NCBI GenBank assembly: GCA_965219955.1
Contig: OZ244799.1
Location: forward strand, 2,208,001-2,272,000
Reading direction: 5' to 3'
Source of the DNA: a bacterium
Lineage (GTDB): Bacteria > UBA8248
Length of the DNA stretch: 64,000 bases
Shown here one piece after another: positions 61,150-64,000 of this stretch; the stretch's first letter is position 1; each line of letters opens with the position of its first letter. A model generated the notes under the pieces. The model had not been told where the DNA came from and searched no databases. It saw only the letters and a list, made by a program, of their open reading frames with translations. Made by a program: the position numbers and the translations under genes.

Positions 61150-63630
61150 ATGACGCGCAAACCGAGAACGAATCGTCCCGGAAGAAGGACCCCTCCTCCT
61201 CAGGCGGGCCTCTTCCCGCAAGACGGCACTGAGCTGACCGGCGCGGTGGAGCGTATCCGCTTCCGCGCGGAGGACACCGGCTACACTGTCTTGCTCGTCC
61301 AGCCGGACAACGAGGATTTCCCGCGCGTGGCCGTGGTGGGCTATCTCTCCTCCATCCGCGAGGGCGAGCGCGTGCGCTTCGAGGGCGCCTGGAAGGACCA
61401 TCCCAGGTTCGGCCGCCAGTTTCATGCAGAACTCGCCCGCCCGCTGGCGCCCACGACGGTCGAGGGAATCGAAAAGTATCTGGCCTCGGGCATCGTGAAG
61501 AACATCGGCCCCGCTCTCGCCAGGAGAATCGTGGCGCGCTTCGGGGAGAAATCCCTCGATATTCTCGACAACCAGCCCGAGCGCTTGACGGAAATCGCCG
61601 GGCTGGGCGCGAAGAAGCTCGAAGCCATCGTCGAGAGCTGGAAGAGCCAGAGCGAAGTCAAGGAGATCATGCTCTTTCTCCGTCAATACGACGTCCCGCT
61701 CCATCTGTCCGAGAAAATTCTCAGAACCTACGGCGAGGCGTCCATCCGGATCCTGCGCGAAGACCCCTATCGTCTGGCGTCAGAGATTCACGGCGTGGGG
61801 TTCAAGAGCGCGGACCGAATCGCGCAGAAACTGGGCATCCCGGCGGACTCGCCCAAACGCCTGGCGGCGGGGGCCGTCTACGTGCTGGACCAGCTCGCCG
61901 AGCGCGAGGGTCACTGCTTTCTGCCCTATGGCGACCTCCTCGAAACCGCCGCCGAAATGCTCGAAACGGATGCCGACGCCCTCGCCCCCATCCTGGAGAA
62001 CCTGGGCCGGGGCGGCTCGCTGGTGATCGAATCGGCGAACATGGTCGAGAACCTCGCCTCCTACGAGGGCAAGCGCGTCTACGGGCGGCCGCTCTATGCC
62101 GCGGAATGCGAGGTCGCCCGCCGTCTCGCGGCGCTCATCCGCACGCCGCGCGACGATGCGCGTCTCGAAGCCGCCATGCGGGGACAGGGCGCGCCCGGAG
62201 CCACGACGGAAGAGCGCCTCGGCCATCTCGCCCGGCGCGCGCTCGAGGGCGGCAAGGCGACGAAGGACCAGGGTGCGGCCATCGAGGGCGCGCTCACCCA
62301 GAAGGTGCTCATCGTCACGGGCGGTCCCGGCACCGGCAAGACGACCATCGTGAGTGCCGTCACGAACCTCTATACGAAACTGGGCCTCCAGGTCATCCTC
62401 GGCGCGCCCACGGGCCGGGCGGCCAAGCGCCTCTCGGAAGTCACCGGCCACGAGGCGGCCACCATTCACAGGCTGCTCGAATACAGCTGGCACTCGGGCG
62501 GCTTCACCCGCGACGCGGAAAACCCGCTTACGGGCGACATCGTGATCATCGATGAGGCCTCGATGCTCGACGTGCACCTGACGGCCCACCTGCTGCGCGC
62601 GGTGCCCGATCAGGCGACGCTCGTCCTGGTGGGCGACGTGGATCAGCTTCCCTCCGTGGGGCCGGGCAACGTCCTGAGCGACGCCATCACCTCCGAGACC
62701 CTGCCCGTGGCGCGGCTTACGGAAGTCTTCCGCCAGGCGCAGGAGAGCCTGATCGTCGAGAACGCCCACCGCGTGAACAGCGGCGAAATGCCCCGAAACG
62801 GCAAGGGGGAAAAAGAAGACGCGCCGCTCGATTACTACTTCATCGAGGAGAGCGAGGCGGAGCGCTGCGCCGACCTCATCATCGAACTGTGCCGCGAGCG
62901 CATTCCCGAGCGGTTCGGGATCGACGCCATCGCCGATCTCCAGGTCATCTCCCCCATGCAGCGCGGCGTGCTCGGCGTGCAGAGCCTGAACGCGCGCTTA
63001 CAAGAAGCGCTCAACCCTGCCGGAAGCGCGCCCGCGCTCCAGAGCGGAGGCCGGACGTTCCGCACCGGGGACAAGCTCATCCAGGTTCGCAACAACTACG
63101 ACAAGGACGTGTTCAACGGGGACATCGGCGTCGTCAAGAGCGTCGCGCCCGAGGAGGGGAGCATTCGCGCCGCTTTCGACTCGAACGTCGTCGAATACAC
63201 GCGCGGCGCGCTCGATGAGGTGATGCACGCCTACGCCATCACCGTTCACAAGAGCCAGGGGAGCGAATACCCCGCCGTCGTCATCCCGCTCCACACCCAG
63301 CACTTCCCGATGCTGCAGAGAAACCTCGTCTACACCGCCCTCACGCGGGCGAAGCGCCTGGCGGTGTTCGTCGGATCGAAGAAAGCCCTTGGAATGGCGA
63401 TAGGAAACGCGCGCGTGAGGAGGCGCTGGAGCGGTTTGCCGGAAAGAATCCGCCGCGAGGCGAAACTCGCCCCGCTTCTCAAGGAGCCTGCCCCCGCCCC
63501 GCAGAATGCGGACGCGGATGATACGCAATTCACAGATGACGCACCGCCGGATGCACTCTACGAGGATGAAGCTACCGAAGGCGATTCCCCGCCCGAGAGT
63601 GAACTGACCTACCATCCCTTAGACGAGTAG
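61150..63630 (+). CDS. recD2: ATP-dependent RecD2-like DNA helicase
   Basis: N-terminal OB/HhH region; GGPGTGKT, IIDEASM, GDVDQLPSVG, HKSQGSEY and YTALTRAK motifs. Confidence 0.95.
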   Translation: MTRKPRTNRPGRRTPPPQAGLFPQDGTELTGAVERIRFRAEDTGYTVLLVQPDNEDFPRVAVVGYLSSIREGERVRFEGAWKDHPRFGRQFHAELARPLAPTTVEGIEKYLASGIVKNIGPALARRIVARFGEKSLDILDNQPERLTEIAGLGAKKLEAIVESWKSQSEVKEIMLFLRQYDVPLHLSEKILRTYGEASIRILREDPYRLASEIHGVGFKSADRIAQKLGIPADSPKRLAAGAVYVLDQLAEREGHCFLPYGDLLETAAEMLETDADALAPILENLGRGGSLVIESANMVENLASYEGKRVYGRPLYAAECEVARRLAALIRTPRDDARLEAAMRGQGAPGATTEERLGHLARRALEGGKATKDQGAAIEGALTQKVLIVTGGPGTGKTTIVSAVTNLYTKLGLQVILGAPTGRAAKRLSEVTGHEAATIHRLLEYSWHSGGFTRDAENPLTGDIVIIDEASMLDVHLTAHLLRAVPDQATLVLVGDVDQLPSVGPGNVLSDAITSETLPVARLTEVFRQAQESLIVENAHRVNSGEMPRNGKGEKEDAPLDYYFIEESEAERCADLIIELCRERIPERFGIDAIADLQVISPMQRGVLGVQSLNARLQEALNPAGSAPALQSGGRTFRTGDKLIQVRNNYDKDVFNGDIGVVKSVAPEEGSIRAAFDSNVVEYTRGALDEVMHAYAITVHKSQGSEYPAVVIPLHTQHFPMLQRNLVYTALTRAKRLAVFVGSKKALGMAIGNARVRRRWSGLPERIRREAKLAPLLKEPAPAPQNADADDTQFTDDAPPDALYEDEATEGDSPPESELTYHPLDE

Positions 63631-63647
63631 CGGACAATCGGCGACGC

Positions 63648-63680
63648 AAAAGAAAAGCCCTCGTCCCGAAGGACGAGGGC
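63648..63680 (-). terminator. Rho-independent terminator (possibly bidirectional)
   Basis: Perfect 10-bp stem GCCCTCGTCC-CGAA-GGACGAGGGC with T-tract on the minus strand. Confidence 0.8.
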
Positions 63681-63704
63681 GGGATAGCCGGCGGGAAGTA
63701 GAGG

Positions 63705-63962
63705 TTACTTCGCCGTCCGCTCGATGAGCGTCTTGAGCGCGGTCATCGACTCCTCATGTTTTTTCATGTTTTCTTCATGATTTTTCATGGTCTCGGCGTG
63801 ATTCTTCATGACCTCCTCATGCCGCCTCTCGCTCTGTCTTTCCCTCAGCTCGGAGGCGCGGCTCATCTGCTTCAGGCCCATCAGGATGAGGACGCATTGC
63901 GCGAGGCCGATGAGGGACTGCACCGCGTAGAACCCGAGCGTTGCGATTTGAAACGTCGTCAC
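63705..63962 (-). CDS. Small single-TM protein with His/Met heptad repeats
   Basis: GTG start with GAGGAG RBS; own terminator; TM helix, then HEEVMKN-HAETMKN-HEENMKK-HEESMTA. Confidence 0.75.
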   Translation of the reverse strand: MTTFQIATLGFYAVQSLIGLAQCVLILMGLKQMSRASELRERQSERRHEEVMKNHAETMKNHEENMKKHEESMTALKTLIERTAK

Positions 63963-64000
63963 TTTTCTCTCCTCTCGGGTCTTTGATTTTCACCCTGCGA

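Overview
High-GC bacterial chromosome segment dominated by housekeeping operons, with a gene order like that of deltaproteobacteria or Nitrospinota (taxonomy is inference only). The backbone runs ruvX-mltG-romR-like-valS-birA-coaX; ffh-rpsP-rimM-trmD-SPOUT methyltransferase-rplS...rnhB-yraN; def-fmt-rsmB-PASTA protein-rpe; rplM-rpsI-argC-argJ-rpsB-tsf-pyrH-frr-uppS-cdsA-dxr-pgpA-cinA-thpR-recA; dnaE-lipB-exbBD; mutL-guaB-guaA; and mazG-recD2. Four accessory patches interrupt it. (1) An rplS-rnhB insertion hot spot carries a TbpB-like lipoprotein, a YHYH protein, an alpha/beta hydrolase and a decayed second copy of the rplS 3' end. (2) A ~10 kb def-recA island carries a SAM methyltransferase, a eukaryote-type ERG4/ERG24 sterol reductase, pyruvate carboxylase, an atypical TonB-dependent receptor, and HU and dppC pseudogene fragments. 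(3) A small patch holds a nucleotide-sugar dehydrogenase, an orphan TRAP binding protein and an orphan vapB. (4) A patch downstream of guaA holds a polysaccharide-lyase-like lipoprotein, a His-rich protein and a DUF2306-like protein. Two intergenic regions (14.5-15.4 kb, 59.8-60.1 kb) contain composite MITE-like elements with shared terminal inverted repeats that enclose or abut several REP-type palindrome families. A long, strongly structured 5' leader precedes guaB. No rRNA, tRNA, CRISPR array, integrase or transposase was recognised. All calls come from reading motifs by eye; no searches were run.
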